Positions 1-12,402 of a stretch of DNA of 64,000 nucleotides are shown here, piece after piece. Under the pieces are notes generated by a model. That model did no database searches, was not told the DNA's origin, and saw nothing but the letters and a program-made list of their open reading frames with translations. This DNA comes from Octopus sinensis (lineage: Eukaryota), in contig NC_043004.1 of assembly GCF_006345805.1 (NCBI RefSeq), positions 47,430,001-47,494,000 on the forward strand, written 5' to 3'. A program made the translations under genes and the position numbers. Positions within the stretch are counted from its first letter, which is position 1. Each line of letters starts with the position of its first letter.

Positions 1-457
1 TCAGGAGGATCACGTCCGGTTTTGGCCCCTACTCCTCTACCGTTTTGACATGGCGCCCCCCACCTTTCGGAGGTGTCTTCAGCTCTGGTGTTGGGTGCAC
101 GTCTTCTTTCTTCTGTTCCCTGGCCTCTTCGATGTATCGTCAGCGAGTGTCAGCCGGTGACTGACTGACTTGTCAAACTTTTCCCCTTAAATACCTGCCG
201 CTAGTCTCCTATTTTTTATGAATCTTACTTCCCGTACGAGTGCGCCTTATTTCACGAGCTGTAGTTGACTTGATTCCCATCCGAAGATCTTGACACTTTA
301 TTCTAGCTGTATCTCCATATAATTATTTGTATGTTCTTTTCCTTTACTTGTAGCTCCACCATTCGTTGCTAATCCTGGTACTGCTACATATCGTTACTTC
401 TACGAAAGAGAGATAAGTATCAACTTTCATATAATTGCCTTACTGTTATGCTTTTTA

Positions 458-640
458 TTCTTCTTCTTCTTCTTCTTCTTCTTCTTCTTCTTCTTCTTCT
501 TCTTCTTCTTCTTCTTCTTCTTCTTCTTCTTCTTCTTCTTCTTCTTCTTCTTCTTCTTCTTCTTCTTCTTCTTCTTCTTCTTCTTCTCCTCCTTCTCCTT
601 CTTCTTCTTCTACTACTACTACTACTACTGCTATAACTAC
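458..640. repeat. (TTC)n microsatellite grading into (CTA)n
   Basis: Direct reading; explains the poly-S/L/R ORFs at 420-719. Confidence 0.97.
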
Positions 641-651
641 ATTTTCTCGTT

Positions 652-1012
652 ATTATTGCCCCACAAAGGCGGGGTATTATTTTCAGTCGCGTTTGTTTGT
701 CCTTACACAAGATAGCTAAAGAACCGCTGGATGGATTCAGATGAAACTTTCTGGAATGTTTGGCCTCGTGACTGGCACGAACCGATTAGACTTCGGGATC
801 GATCTGGTACCGTACAAGGATTCCAGCTTATTTTTCCTTTTTTTTTTTTACTTAATTTTTGAGAGCGGTTGGGTTCACTTTTGGTACTCTCGTACTCTAG
901 CAGTCAAGTTTATTTCAGATATACCCATTTTCAAAATCATATCTGGCTAATCGGTGAGATTACGTTGGTGTTACCTTGGCGGATGTTTGTGATCTTTGAG
1001 TGCTCTTGCTGT
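652..1012 (+). mobile_element. Helentron-associated (HINE/DINE-1-like) non-autonomous element
   Basis: 5' TTATTGCCCCACAAAGGCGGGGTATTATTTTCAGTCGCGTTTGTTTGTCC, internal CTGGATGGATTCAGATGAAACTT, and 3' CCTTGGCGGATGTTTGTGATCTTTGAGTGCTCTTGCTGTT. The imperfect subterminal inverted repeat (CCCACAAAGG / CCTTGGCGGA) follows the HINE layout as I recall it. Confidence 0.5.
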
Positions 1013-1152
<140 letters not shown>

Positions 1153-2289
1153 ATCACTCCGGTTTTACGTCCTGTGCCCAAATACTGCCCTTTCAGGGCC
1201 GATATAATCGAATGGCCTCTCTCAACAAAATTTCTGTCTTTTGTGCTTATAATAAAAAGGTTGGTTTTTTTTATCATTATTGTTGTTGTTATCATCGTCA
1301 TCATTTTCTTCTTTTTCCGGTTCTCTACATTATGTGTTCACACTCCGCCGAAACCAAATTTACGTTACATTCTTTTGGGCTAAATGTAAAGTATCAACCA
1401 AGTAGAGGTGAGGATGTAATCTGCAATACCCGACTTCGTCCTAAAGTTTGAAGCAATTATCCACAATATCATAATCATGACCATCATTGCCGTCGTATTC
1501 AGTGACTTTTTTCATGTCCAACTTTTCCCACAACCCCGCATATGTTTTTGTGTACCGTGTGTAAGTAAAAGATTCTGTTTTAACTTTGTATTATTTGTTT
1601 ACTTCAGGAAGAGTCTGTACAGTGACTAGCAGTAAAATTCCTGCAGAATGTGCATATTTGGGCATCGGTTCCATCGTTGTGTACTGAGTGAACCACTGAA
1701 CATCTGAACGCTTTTCAACCTCACGTTCCACACACTTTACGTCTCCCAGGATGTATTCTAATATAACACAATTTTCTTGGTTTTCCTAATGCCCACGTTG
1801 CTAACGTATATGATTGTGATATGAGAATGCTAACTTTCTCGATGGTGTTTTTTTCTATTCCACCATTATAATTGTTCCGCTTGCTTCCATAGTATGGTCG
1901 GTCTCTGAAAAGGGATCCAATAAAATCCCGTAATTATTTACCATGACAAACATTCTCTTTATGTCCATACCACTTTTCAATCACTTTACATTTACAAGCA
2001 TGGCTAACATCTCGGCATATTGTTTTCCCCATACAATCATAATTGCGTTTATTCGCCTTGAGGAGGGACTTACAGCATTCGTTCGTATATAAAGTTCTTT
2101 AATTTTCAATAACCGTGAAATGTTTCTTGTCATGTCACTTCAAATCCACAAATTCGGTTAGCCATAACATCTAAATGCATACTTTTACCGACACGATCAT
2201 ACTTTTGTTTACTTTCTTTATGTACTAGCTTACCTCACTTGTTCAGTATTTGGTTAATATCTGTTTATTTACCCACAATAAGTTGCAAG

Positions 2290-2464
2290 CGTGGATGTAT
2301 ACTTAAAACGTTTGCTTCCCAGTCATGTAGTCCTGAGTTCTGTCCCATCTTTTGGTAGACGGAAACTAAAAGTAGCCCACCACACACAAACACACACAGA
2401 CATATATATTATGTAAATATATATATACATATATTTTTATATATATATTATATATATATAATAT

Positions 2465-2496
<32 letters not shown>

Positions 2497-2580
2497 AAAT
2501 ATATATATTCATATGTGTGTGTGTATATGTGTTATGTATGTATGTATGTATGTATGTATGTATGTGTGTGTGTATGGGGG
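2290..2580 (+). mobile_element. Degenerate, internally deleted tRNA-derived SINE (family B) with AT/GT microsatellite
   Basis: TTTGGTAGACGGAAACTAAAAGTAGCCC matches the family B copies at 31414 and 63252. Confidence 0.55.
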
Positions 2581-3130
2581 TTGATGTTTTCGTTTGTGTC
2601 GTTCCCTCAAATATATTTCAAAGCTGCAAAGATTGAAGGCAAGATATCAATATTAATGTTATATTGCGAAACATCTAATTTTTTTCTGGGAACACAGCAA
2701 TGGGAGCAGACATAACACCCTGTCGGCAATCCCCTTCTGATATATCCCGCATTACGACGACGTATTCCGTCGTCTGCGTGACTGGCCCGTAGGCGTATCT
2801 CGCCGACTCTATCTCTTTATTGGCAGGCCACCAGGGCCCTACAGAGAAGGGACAGCACAAGGACAAAAAATACAAATCCAAAGTGGGGACATAAAACATA
2901 GTCGGATGAATAAAAGGGGAAATATAATATAATGTGGATGCAACGTCGACTCGAGCCCCAATCTCGAGTAGTACCATTTAACTGGTTTTCCATCCAATGT
3001 TTATCGGCTGAACATCATATGAAAATGCTTACATTACCATGTACTGTTTCAAATCTTCATATTTTATCACATGGGGTAGAGTATCGTATCTCACCTCTGG
3101 TCTCAGTGGGCCTATGTCATTGCCAAATGT

Positions 3131-3324
3131 TTCTTAGTCTTTGCGGATCCGTGGAACAAGCTGCCAGACGAGATGGTGAAGATGCCGACGACCGCTTTGT
3201 TCAAAGCCTCCCTTGACCTCAAGTGGCCTGAACTCTTTACATGAACACCACCCTGTACTTAACTCCATGTCCCCCTACATGGCCTTGCTATTTGCTTTTG
3301 AGCCAAATTAACTAACTAACTAAC
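3131..3324 (+). mobile_element. CR1-clade LINE 3' end (ORF2 C-terminus, 3' UTR, (TAAC)n tail)
   Basis: Translates FLVFADPWNKLPDEMVKMPTTALFKASLDLKWPELFT* (stop 3242-3244), the WNxLP...FK..LD..W motif of the CR1/L2 ORF2 end; short tandem tail. Confidence 0.8.
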
Positions 3325-3429
3325 ATATCTATCTATATCTATTAAAATACATTTTATGTATGTTGGGTAAATATCCTCAGGCAGTTGCACCCTTATTACT
3401 GATTTCATTTTTGTTTACATACTGTGCCA

Positions 3430-4160
3430 CAGAGAGATCTTCTCCAGTTTGATTTTGCGCTTCAGGTGGTAGCTAAAAAAGATAACCAGCCCTTGGCCGC
3501 TGACGAAGATACTTGTCGCGATCCTTCTTGCACGCGTCTTCCATACTGTCTCTTTCCTCTCAATGGCTGTGCTCTTCACACAGGTCATCATATATGGCCT
3601 ATTTTTATGATTATTCTGGGAGGTTTGTGTATCTGCTTGTGTGTCTTTTTCTGTATTTATTTATGTCTATCTGGAGAATCTGGGCTGTATGCAATGTTTG
3701 CAGAGAGCTCTTCAGACTGATTTTGCACTTCAGGTTGTAGCTAAAAAAGATAACCAACCCTTGGCCGCTGATGAAGGTACTTGTCGCGATCTTTCTTGCA
3801 CGCGTCTTCCATACTGTCTCTTTCAGTATGGCTACTACGCAGATAAAGCAGGGGCCTGCCTCTCCTTGTTAAGGAACGGAGGTGGCATGATCTTTATACG
3901 CTTACCTCGCCGACCGACACTGCTTGCTGCGTCTGTCCACTTTTTATCACACGGTCGTTTCCGCCACAGCACCTTCTTAATTGCAGTATTGCGGGTTTGA
4001 TCCCAATTCGCAACACCTTACGTAATATTTGTGTCCGTATTTGTGTATATGTCTGCGGACATGCAAGCGATACAATGTATGCTCGGGTGGTTTCAGCTTA
4101 ATATGTACTGATAATTCGCGTATGCATGGGCAACTGTTTACACAGAGGCTCGCAAACCAC
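3430..4160 (-). mobile_element. Probable L1/Tx1-type LINE C-terminal remnant with an approximately 127 bp local direct duplication
   Basis: Minus strand reads CFICVVAILKETVWKTRARKIATSTFISGQGLVIFFSYNLKCKI, resembling L1/Tx1 ORF2 ends; 3430-3556 and 3701-3825 are near-identical direct repeats. Confidence 0.45.
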
Positions 4161-4662
4161 ATGTTTACCTTGGATAAAACTTCAAACCATAGAATGAAGT
4201 TTTGTTATTTAATTTTGAAATATACATCAGATGTTTCCATTACTTTTATCGAGTTTATTCACTTTTTGTTTGTTGGTCTTCTGCTCTACGTCTTTGTCCT
4301 TCAATCACAAAACGTATTTATCTCAAAAACAGAGGAAGGTGTTTGAAAAAAAAGGAATGTGACTGAAGTAATTGTTCATCAATTGTACTGGCAACTGATA
4401 TTTGATTTTTCCTGACAATTTATCCAGTTTCTTTAATAATCTTTGTAACATGTAATTTTCAGTCCCTCTGTAAGCCAGTAATTTCTTTCTGTCCGTATCT
4501 CGTGCCTCATGCACAAAACGAAATAAGTTCCTTTTCATTTCTATATGCTTTCATTTGTCAAGAGTAAATTTTAGTTTCCCAATCAGTATTATGTCATTTC
4601 TTTTGGTGATTAATTGGCCCTCCTCCTACTTCTACTTCACTTTTCTTTACAAATGATGTTAG

Positions 4663-5165
4663 TAAACATTATAGATGTTAATTCAGACTTAAATTTATTT
4701 TATAAATGTTTCAATGAAACTGATTCATCATATGTACGTATATTGTGCAGTAAGCGCCCCAGTCTATAGCAGAACGGATCTGGATAACAAATACATTAGA
4801 GAAAGCCTTCTTAAAGTTATACTCTGTATACGAAAAAACTGCTCTCAGGATTTGCAACAACTTCAACTTACATAGCCATTGCATATACCACATAATCTCC
4901 CATCTATGATCATAAATATGTTTCTCTCTGCACATGTCTCATACGATTCTATTTATATACACTATTTTACAAGATTCCTTCCTGCGAAAATATTCCATCT
5001 CAACTTTAACTTTGAGAAGGCCTTTCTCTAATCTATTTGTTATCCAGATCCGTTCTACTATAGACTGGGGCGCTTACTGCACAGGATACATATATCTGAT
5101 GAATGAGCTTCATTGAAACATTTATAAAATAAATTTCAGTCTGAATTAACCATCCATAATGTTTA
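4663..5165. repeat. Inverted repeat, approximately 157 bp arms (4663-4820 / 5008-5165), probable old PLE fold-back remnant
   Basis: Arms are reverse complements with scattered substitutions; each carries a decayed CTGATGA...GAAAC motif. Confidence 0.8.
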
Positions 5166-5414
5166 TCATAGCAACAATTAAAGGACTCCTGCAACCAAGA
5201 TTAAGACATAGATAACTTTCGGATGTCATCAACGAAATTCTGCTATTGGAAAAGATCATCCACAATTTCTAGAACGTAGAACAACTAGGTAGATGGTCCT
5301 TCAAATATCAATCATTCAACCCTGTCAATCATGCGTTTTTCAATAATAACTATGAACAGTTCCTTAGAGAAAAAAAAACTGCCTGGGTATACAGGAATAG
5401 TTTTAGACATATAG

Positions 5415-5505
5415 ATGTACACACACAAAAACACAAATGACACACAAACACACGCATACACACACATATACATATATATACGTATGTGTATATATACGTA
5501 TGTGT

Positions 5506-5549
<44 letters not shown>

Positions 5550-5657
5550 ATATATATATGGTTATATATATATATATGTATATATATATATGTGTATATA
5601 TATATTATATATATATAATATATATATATATGTGTGTGTATATATATATATATATAT

Positions 5658-5714
<57 letters not shown>

Positions 5715-5995
5715 ATATACTGATATATATACATATCCGCGAGCGCGTGTGTGTGCAATTGTGTATGAGTGTACGTAAGTATTTTTCTTTGTATATATAT
5801 ATAATATATGTGCGTATATGGATATGCAGAAGGGAAGTAACTGGCAGTTTCTTCATTAAATCTCCCATAGATCATAATAATAGAAATGCTCTTTTTAATA
5901 GTTTTATTAAATCAGCTGTCAGACCAAAACTAAATGTAAATATAATGGCCTGTAGGCGATATACATACATATTTATTCACACACACACATATATA

Positions 5996-6051
<56 letters not shown>

Positions 6052-6502
6052 ATAATATATATATATACGTGTGTGTGTGATTGTAGATAGATAGATAGAC
6101 AGCTAGATAGACATATATCTTTGTATATAGTTGTATATGCATATGAATGTTATATCTTTGTGCTGTGTGCACGTGTTAATACGTGCGCAGATATGTTTAC
6201 GTTGTTTTATACAGTGAACCTTGATGCAAACTAATCCTAAGTTCCTCGTCTTTCTGTGTCAAAACGCCTAACAACACTTCTCTGTATAATGAGGCTGAAT
6301 ATAGGATTTGTAAAATATTTTATATTTGGTATCTTAGCATGTCCCAAATGTGAATCTAACTGAAAATTTGCCTTCTGCTCAAAAGGCAATAAGTATGTAT
6401 GTATGTATGCCTTCATTTACGAACGTTTGTATATATGTATGTGCACGTGTATATATTATGTGTGTATATATACCTGTGGGTTTATATATACATGTTTATA
6501 TG

Positions 6503-6551
<49 letters not shown>

Positions 6552-6899
6552 TTATGCATATATATATATATATAGTTATATAAATGCACATACATACGTA
6601 TGTATATACACATATACCTAGACATAATATATATATACATATATATGCATACATATATGTATATATACGCATATATTTATGTATGTATGCATGTATATAT
6701 ATATATAATATATATATATGTATATATATATGTGTGTGTGTATATATATATATATAATATATACGTATATACATATAAAAATGAATATATATATATATAT
6801 GTATATATATATATGTGTGTATATATATATATATAATATATACGTATATATAAAAATGAATATATATATAATATGTACATATATATATATATTATATAA

Positions 6900-6941
<42 letters not shown>

Positions 6942-6965
6942 AATGAATATATATATATATATAAA

Positions 6966-7004
<39 letters not shown>

Positions 7005-7005
7005 A
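5415..7005. repeat. Compound (AT)n/(AC)n/(GT)n microsatellite fields
   Basis: Direct reading; source of the YIYI ORFs. Confidence 0.95.
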
Positions 7006-8002
7006 AACTTTTCTTACTCGGTTGTTTTTCTCTAACCTCCAGCTGCTGTACTGATTACTTATGCTTTTTTTCCGTCTAAAATATAATCTTGGTCATTAGT
7101 TGCAAGTGAGACAAAGAATGCAATTTTCTGATGGACGTCATGCCAATATTTACCTGGCGGCTAATTAGCAACTATTCAGTTATTTCTGAGAATGATAGTT
7201 CCATGGAATCTCTCAAAGTTTATTCTATTTTGAGACCCTTTTGCTTCTCTCTCCTGAATACAACTCCAAATTAACTTACACATATTTTTGCTTCCTGATA
7301 AGAGTAATACTTGTCATTCAATTTTTCACCCTTGAGAAATTCCTTTTTAAAGTGCATTTGTGTTAGAAAAATATTTCAATATATTTCAATATATTTCAAT
7401 GATTCCAAAAGTACTCAAAGATTGAAACACATTTCCTCTCTTCACGTGTAGTCAGCAACCGCAGTATCGTTAGAGGAAATCTAAGTTCAATAATATTCAA
7501 TCTTGTTATGCTCCTGTACTATAAAGATTAAGTCGACGCATAGTATTATAAACAAAACTGCAAATCAGAAGGAATTTTAGTTATATATTTTTTAATATTA
7601 CTTCTGAAAACCGTGATATCATATAAGTAAATATGTTTTGTAGTGTTTTGACGGATAAAGTTTTCTGAAACATCCAATGTATTTCATAACAATTCCATAT
7701 CACTGTTGTATAAATACTTATAGAGTTTTTTAGTAATAAACACATTTGAAATTTGCTAAAGGCGTCTAATCAGTTTTAAATATATTAAACTACACACCTC
7801 TTATACGATACATTAATCCGTATTCAAATGCGTTTTATATAAATAGTATATATTTAAAATATCGTTACATAAATATGGAAGCCAAACAAAAAACTTGGCT
7901 ACAGCTTAATTGTATGTTAGTTCTCTTTGCTTTTATCTTATTTTTTTGTCTTACAATTGTAAATACACATTCTGTAGATGTTGCTATATATAATATATAT
8001 AT

Positions 8003-8033
<31 letters not shown>

Positions 8034-8096
8034 TTGTTTACGTATGTGTTTTTGTTTGTTTATATATTTTTATGTACGTATGCATGTATGAACGTG

Positions 8097-8138
<42 letters not shown>

Positions 8139-8139
8139 T

Positions 8140-8459
8140 AGTAAAGAACCCTTTGGTCATGAATAACCATGATTTTACACTTACAAAGTTCCTTCCTCCC
8201 CGCCCCCGAGGCAAAATCCGGGTATGGTGGGGTTTTATGGAAGGCCAACCGTCGACCATGTATCCTAGAGTCCACACTCCACGCCACCGACGTTATCCAA
8301 GATAAAGGCAAAGGTAGATACAGCTTGGTACCAGTGACGTCATAACTCATTTCTACCGCCGAGTCAATGTGAAATAGTGACTTGCTCTAGAACACACACA
8401 TAGCCTAGTCCGGGAATCGAACTCACTATTTTGTTAGCTCGACCTGTACTGGCGCCCAC
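8140..8459 (-). mobile_element. tRNA-derived SINE (family C)
   Basis: Minus strand has a B-box-like GTGAGTTCGATTCCCGG followed by GTTCTAGAGCAAGTCACTATTTCAC; the 3' end abuts (AG)n/(AT)n. Confidence 0.7.
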
Positions 8460-8804
8460 ACCGGCTTGGTACGCACATGTCTGATCAAAAACTATTTTGC
8501 TCGACGAACTCACGTTTCCTCTGCCCGGCACATGACGGCGGCGGATATGTGCGACCGGGGGGGGGGGGGTGACCGAACAAGTTGTGCGCACACGCCGGCA
8601 CCTGGTTCGCTTCGCCTTCCTTCTTCTCCTCCTCGCTGGATTCGAAGACAACGACGCCTATGACTCGGACGAAAGGACGGCAGATTTTTCAATTTGAAAT
8701 GGCTCGAAACGAAAGCGTAGCACCGGGCAAGGTTTATACAAGACCGCGAAAAGGCTGCTACCTCCCTACCAGTCATAGGTGTCTCCATCGCGTGATTGCG
8801 ATGA
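8460..8804 (+). other. GC-rich segment, probable 5' ETS of an rDNA orphon
   Basis: Abrupt GC/CpG-rich island directly upstream of the 18S 5' end; ETS identity is positional inference. Confidence 0.5.
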
Positions 8805-8905
8805 AAGCTAGTTGAACCTGCCTGTAGTCATATGCTTCTCTCAAAACTTAAGCTGTGCAAGTGTAAGTCCATGCCGTGAACGAATGCTGAAACCGCAAAT
8901 GCTCA
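8805..8905 (+). pseudogene. Degenerate 5' fragment of 18S rRNA gene
   Basis: AAGCTAGTTGAACCTGCCTGTAGTCATATGCTTCTCTCAAAACTTAAGCTGTGCAAGTGTAAG...GAAACCGCAAATGCTCA aligns with the universal 18S start TACCTGGTTGATCCTGCCAGTAGTCATATGCTTGTCTCAAAGATTAAGCCATGCATGTCTAAG; many substitutions, truncated after about 100 nt. Confidence 0.9.
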
Positions 8906-9278
8906 CGGATCGGGCCTAATCTTCGGGACCGCATTCCTCACCGCACTCTACTTCCTGACTCTTTTTTACCTTTCCCATATTTCATACACTTTTTTCTTCC
9001 TGTTCGTTCTCGATTTTCTTCTGGCGGAGAGGGTATGTTGTATTTCAAGGCTGAATGATTTCCTGAAAATACACGGCACGCTATAAAAGATCGTCCGAGC
9101 ATTGTATTTTCAAGGTATGAAATTGATAGGAGATCCCATTTACATCCTATGTACACAAAATGATATTTGTCCCTCATGAGCTACTGAGCCTCTTTTGTTG
9201 ATCCCGCCAATAACGGAACAATAAACTATACCTATCTATCTATCCACGTTTTACCTATACAAACGCACACACACGCAC

Positions 9279-9327
<49 letters not shown>

Positions 9328-9516
9328 ATATTAGGGAGTATAGCCCCAAACTTAATATATATATTTATATATATATATATATATATATATCATTTTATTT
9401 GTTATTTATGTATTGGTTTATGTCTATCACTGAGTTGCATAATAGTGGTTTTATCTCTAATTCATATTTTATATATATATGTATCTATCTATATATATAT
9501 ATATATATACATATCT

Positions 9517-9558
<42 letters not shown>

Positions 9559-10147
9559 TGTGTTTTTAACTATGTATCTATGAATGAAAGTATCAAAAAC
9601 AGCTGTCAGCGATCCTGTGCCTTCCTACAGAGTTGTAAGGATTCAACGAAATTCGGAAATGTTCACCTAATTTGGGACAAATTACAATTTGCCTAACTGT
9701 ATTATCCAGAAATATTTTGTGTTTCTAGTTCATGAAAATCCATTCTTTGTTCTCAGGTTCGTATCTACCCTCACATGCACCACTCATTGCAATGACAGTG
9801 AGTCACTCTTATGCCTCGCATGCGAAATATATTATCTTTAATCTTGTTGTTGGGGTTATTTAGTAGCATATGAGATCTGATTGAGAAGATAGATGACCGA
9901 AATCATTCCCACCATGACCATCACACTTTTTACTTCACCAGGCAATACTTTATACCACGTGCCTTCATTTTTCGTTTTTCATTTTGGTTAATGGCCGTTA
10001 TTTCCTGGGGAGCCTAACTGTTTTTTCTAACATGTGAATTCACCACATGGAGAGTCCCTCATTGGCTTTTCTTTCAGTATTCACAGAAATAAATATTCAT
10101 TATCAGATTCACCACACAAGGTAAAATACTTGGAATGTGGGTTTTTG

Positions 10148-10182
<35 letters not shown>

Positions 10183-10300
10183 TGAGTGAGTGTGTATGTG
10201 TATGTGTGTATGTGTGTGTGCGTGCTTGCGTGCGTATGTGTATGCTTGCGTCTGCACACACACGCACATACACGCACATAAACGAACATACACACACAAA
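10148..10300. repeat. (GT)n/(CA)n microsatellite
   Basis: Direct reading. Confidence 0.9.
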
Positions 10301-11304
10301 CAGAGAAAAAGTACGAAGTTGCGTGTTAATTCTACTGAAAAGATAACACGTGGGAAAATGACATTCCGCTCTGTATAAAATGCCGATAGAGCGCAAACAT
10401 ATTCTACTGCTTCGACTTTTCAAAGAGGTTACCGTAGCTCATCCATACGTATTTTGTCATACATCATTTACCGGAAATTTGTCATAAATTCTCAGTGTAT
10501 CTATTTATACACTGAGTGTTTATTTATGAATGATTCTATAAATATTATGCTAGAGGAATATAGCTGCAGAATGATTGTAAATTTACTTTGCAATCAATAG
10601 TTCTAGGTTTCGATTCTGGTACACGATATTTTGGGTAAATATCATTTTTCTACCCTGGGATCGATCTATACTTTGAGACTATAACTTGGGTAAAGGAAAC
10701 TGTATAGAAGCCCTCCGAATAGATTGTACCCGTAATTTAAATGCCCCTCCTTGGTCCAAAGTGTCAGACTGATGCTAAAATCGCCTATATCAAGAATGGA
10801 ATGTTTGTGCTTAATTTAGTGTTAATGCGAATGTTTTACGATATTCCTCGTGCTGACATGTATGTATTCTTTAATAAGGTCATTGTGTATATTTTTTACA
10901 GAAGTGATGGACGCAATCAATAAGAAATAGAAATAGCTCAGTCTTTTTAAAATTGTTCCTCTGTTCGAAGAAAGATTATTTTTTTATCACTCAGTCTGCT
11001 AAATATAAGATGAACTAGCAATCAAACAACTGGAATCAAGCAACTAGTGACAGTATTGTTTCCTATTTCGGAAACATGAATGCAATATATGGTTAATTAG
11101 GTAGCTTCGTTGTGACAACTCAGTCAAGTTACGAGCCTTACGACCCTTGGATAATATCACCAACCCTACCAAACTTGTCGACATTCATTCTGCTCATCCC
11201 ATCTTGCAAAATACCCATCCCAAATACAACAGATTCCTTCATTCAATTTACAGCTCGAGGTTTCCTCTGCCTACAAAAACTGCAGATGATTTTACTGTTA
11301 TGCT

Positions 11305-12096
11305 GCTTCTTCTTCTCCTCTTCTTCATCTTTTCCTCCTCCTCCTTCTCCTTCTTCTTCTTCTTCAACTTCTCCTACTCCTTCTCCTTCTTCTCCTTCTT
11401 TTTTCTTCTTCTTCTTCTTCTTCTTCTCCTACTCCTTCTCCTTCTTCTACTCCTTCTCCTCCCCTTCTCCTTCTTCTTCTTCTTCTCCTCCTCCTCCCTC
11501 TCCTTCTTCTTTCACTTCTCCTCCTCCTTCTCCTTCTTTTTCTTCTACATATTCTCCTCCTTCTAAACCTCCTCTTCTTCTTCTCCTTCTTCTTCTCCTT
11601 CTTCTTCTTCTCCTTCTTCTTCTTCTCCTTCTTCTTCTTCTCCTTCTTCTTTTCCTCCTTCTCCTCCTCCTTCTCCTCCTCTTCTTCTCCTTCTTCTTCT
11701 TCTTCTCCTCCTTCTCCTTCTTCTTCTTCTTCTTCTCCTCCTCCTTCTCCTTCTCCTCCTCTTCTTCTCCTTCTTCTCCTTCTTCTTCTTCTTCTTCTCC
11801 TCCTCCTTCTCCTTCTCCTCCTTCTCCTTCTCCTCCTCTTCTTCTCCTTCTTCTTCTTCTTCTTCTTCTCCTTCTTCTACTTCTTCTTCTTCTCCTTCTC
11901 CTTCTTCTTCTGCTTCTTCTCCTACTCCTTCTTCTTCTTATCCTCCTCCTCCTCCCCCTTCTTCTTCTTCATCTCCTCCTCCTCCTTCTCCTTCTTCTTC
12001 TTATTCTTCATCTCCTCCTCCTTCTCCTTCTTCTTCTTCTTCTTCTTCTTCATATTCTTATTCTTATTCTTCATATTCTTCTTCTTCTTCTTCTTC
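11305..12096. repeat. Approximately 790 bp (TTC/CTC)n polypyrimidine tract
   Basis: Direct reading; accounts for the 372 aa and 139 aa low-complexity ORFs. Confidence 0.97.
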
Positions 12097-12279
12097 TGAA
12101 TAATGATAGTTTTAAAACAGTACTTCCTCGAAGAGCATTCTATCACTCTCACTCCCACCATATTACAAGGATGAGGATAGTCATTGATAATCCCTTTCTC
12201 ATGATTAGTCACCCATTCCCCCCTCCATGACTATCAGTAATGATTTTAAAGGTACAAACCGTTTCACTGTCCAATGGAT

Positions 12280-12358
12280 AAGTACACTTGTGAAAATTAG
12301 TGTCATTAAGCTTGAATCAGAAAAACATTCAGTCATATATGAAAAGAGAATCGCCTAC

Positions 12359-12402
<44 letters not shown>

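Noticed and set aside
40-135. Minus-strand CTGACGA and CTGAAGA-CACCT..AGGTG motifs
   Set aside because: No correctly placed GAAA and no helix I complement, so not called a hammerhead.
3500-3800. CTGACGA / CTGATGA in the duplicated segment
   Set aside because: No downstream GAAA or NUH; they lie within LINE coding remnant.
9755-9795. Possible 41-nt exon (TTCTCAG|...|GTGAGT, reading SYLPSHAPLIAMT)
   Set aside because: Splice-like signals alone are not enough; no recognisable protein and no supporting neighbouring exons. RNA-seq would be needed.
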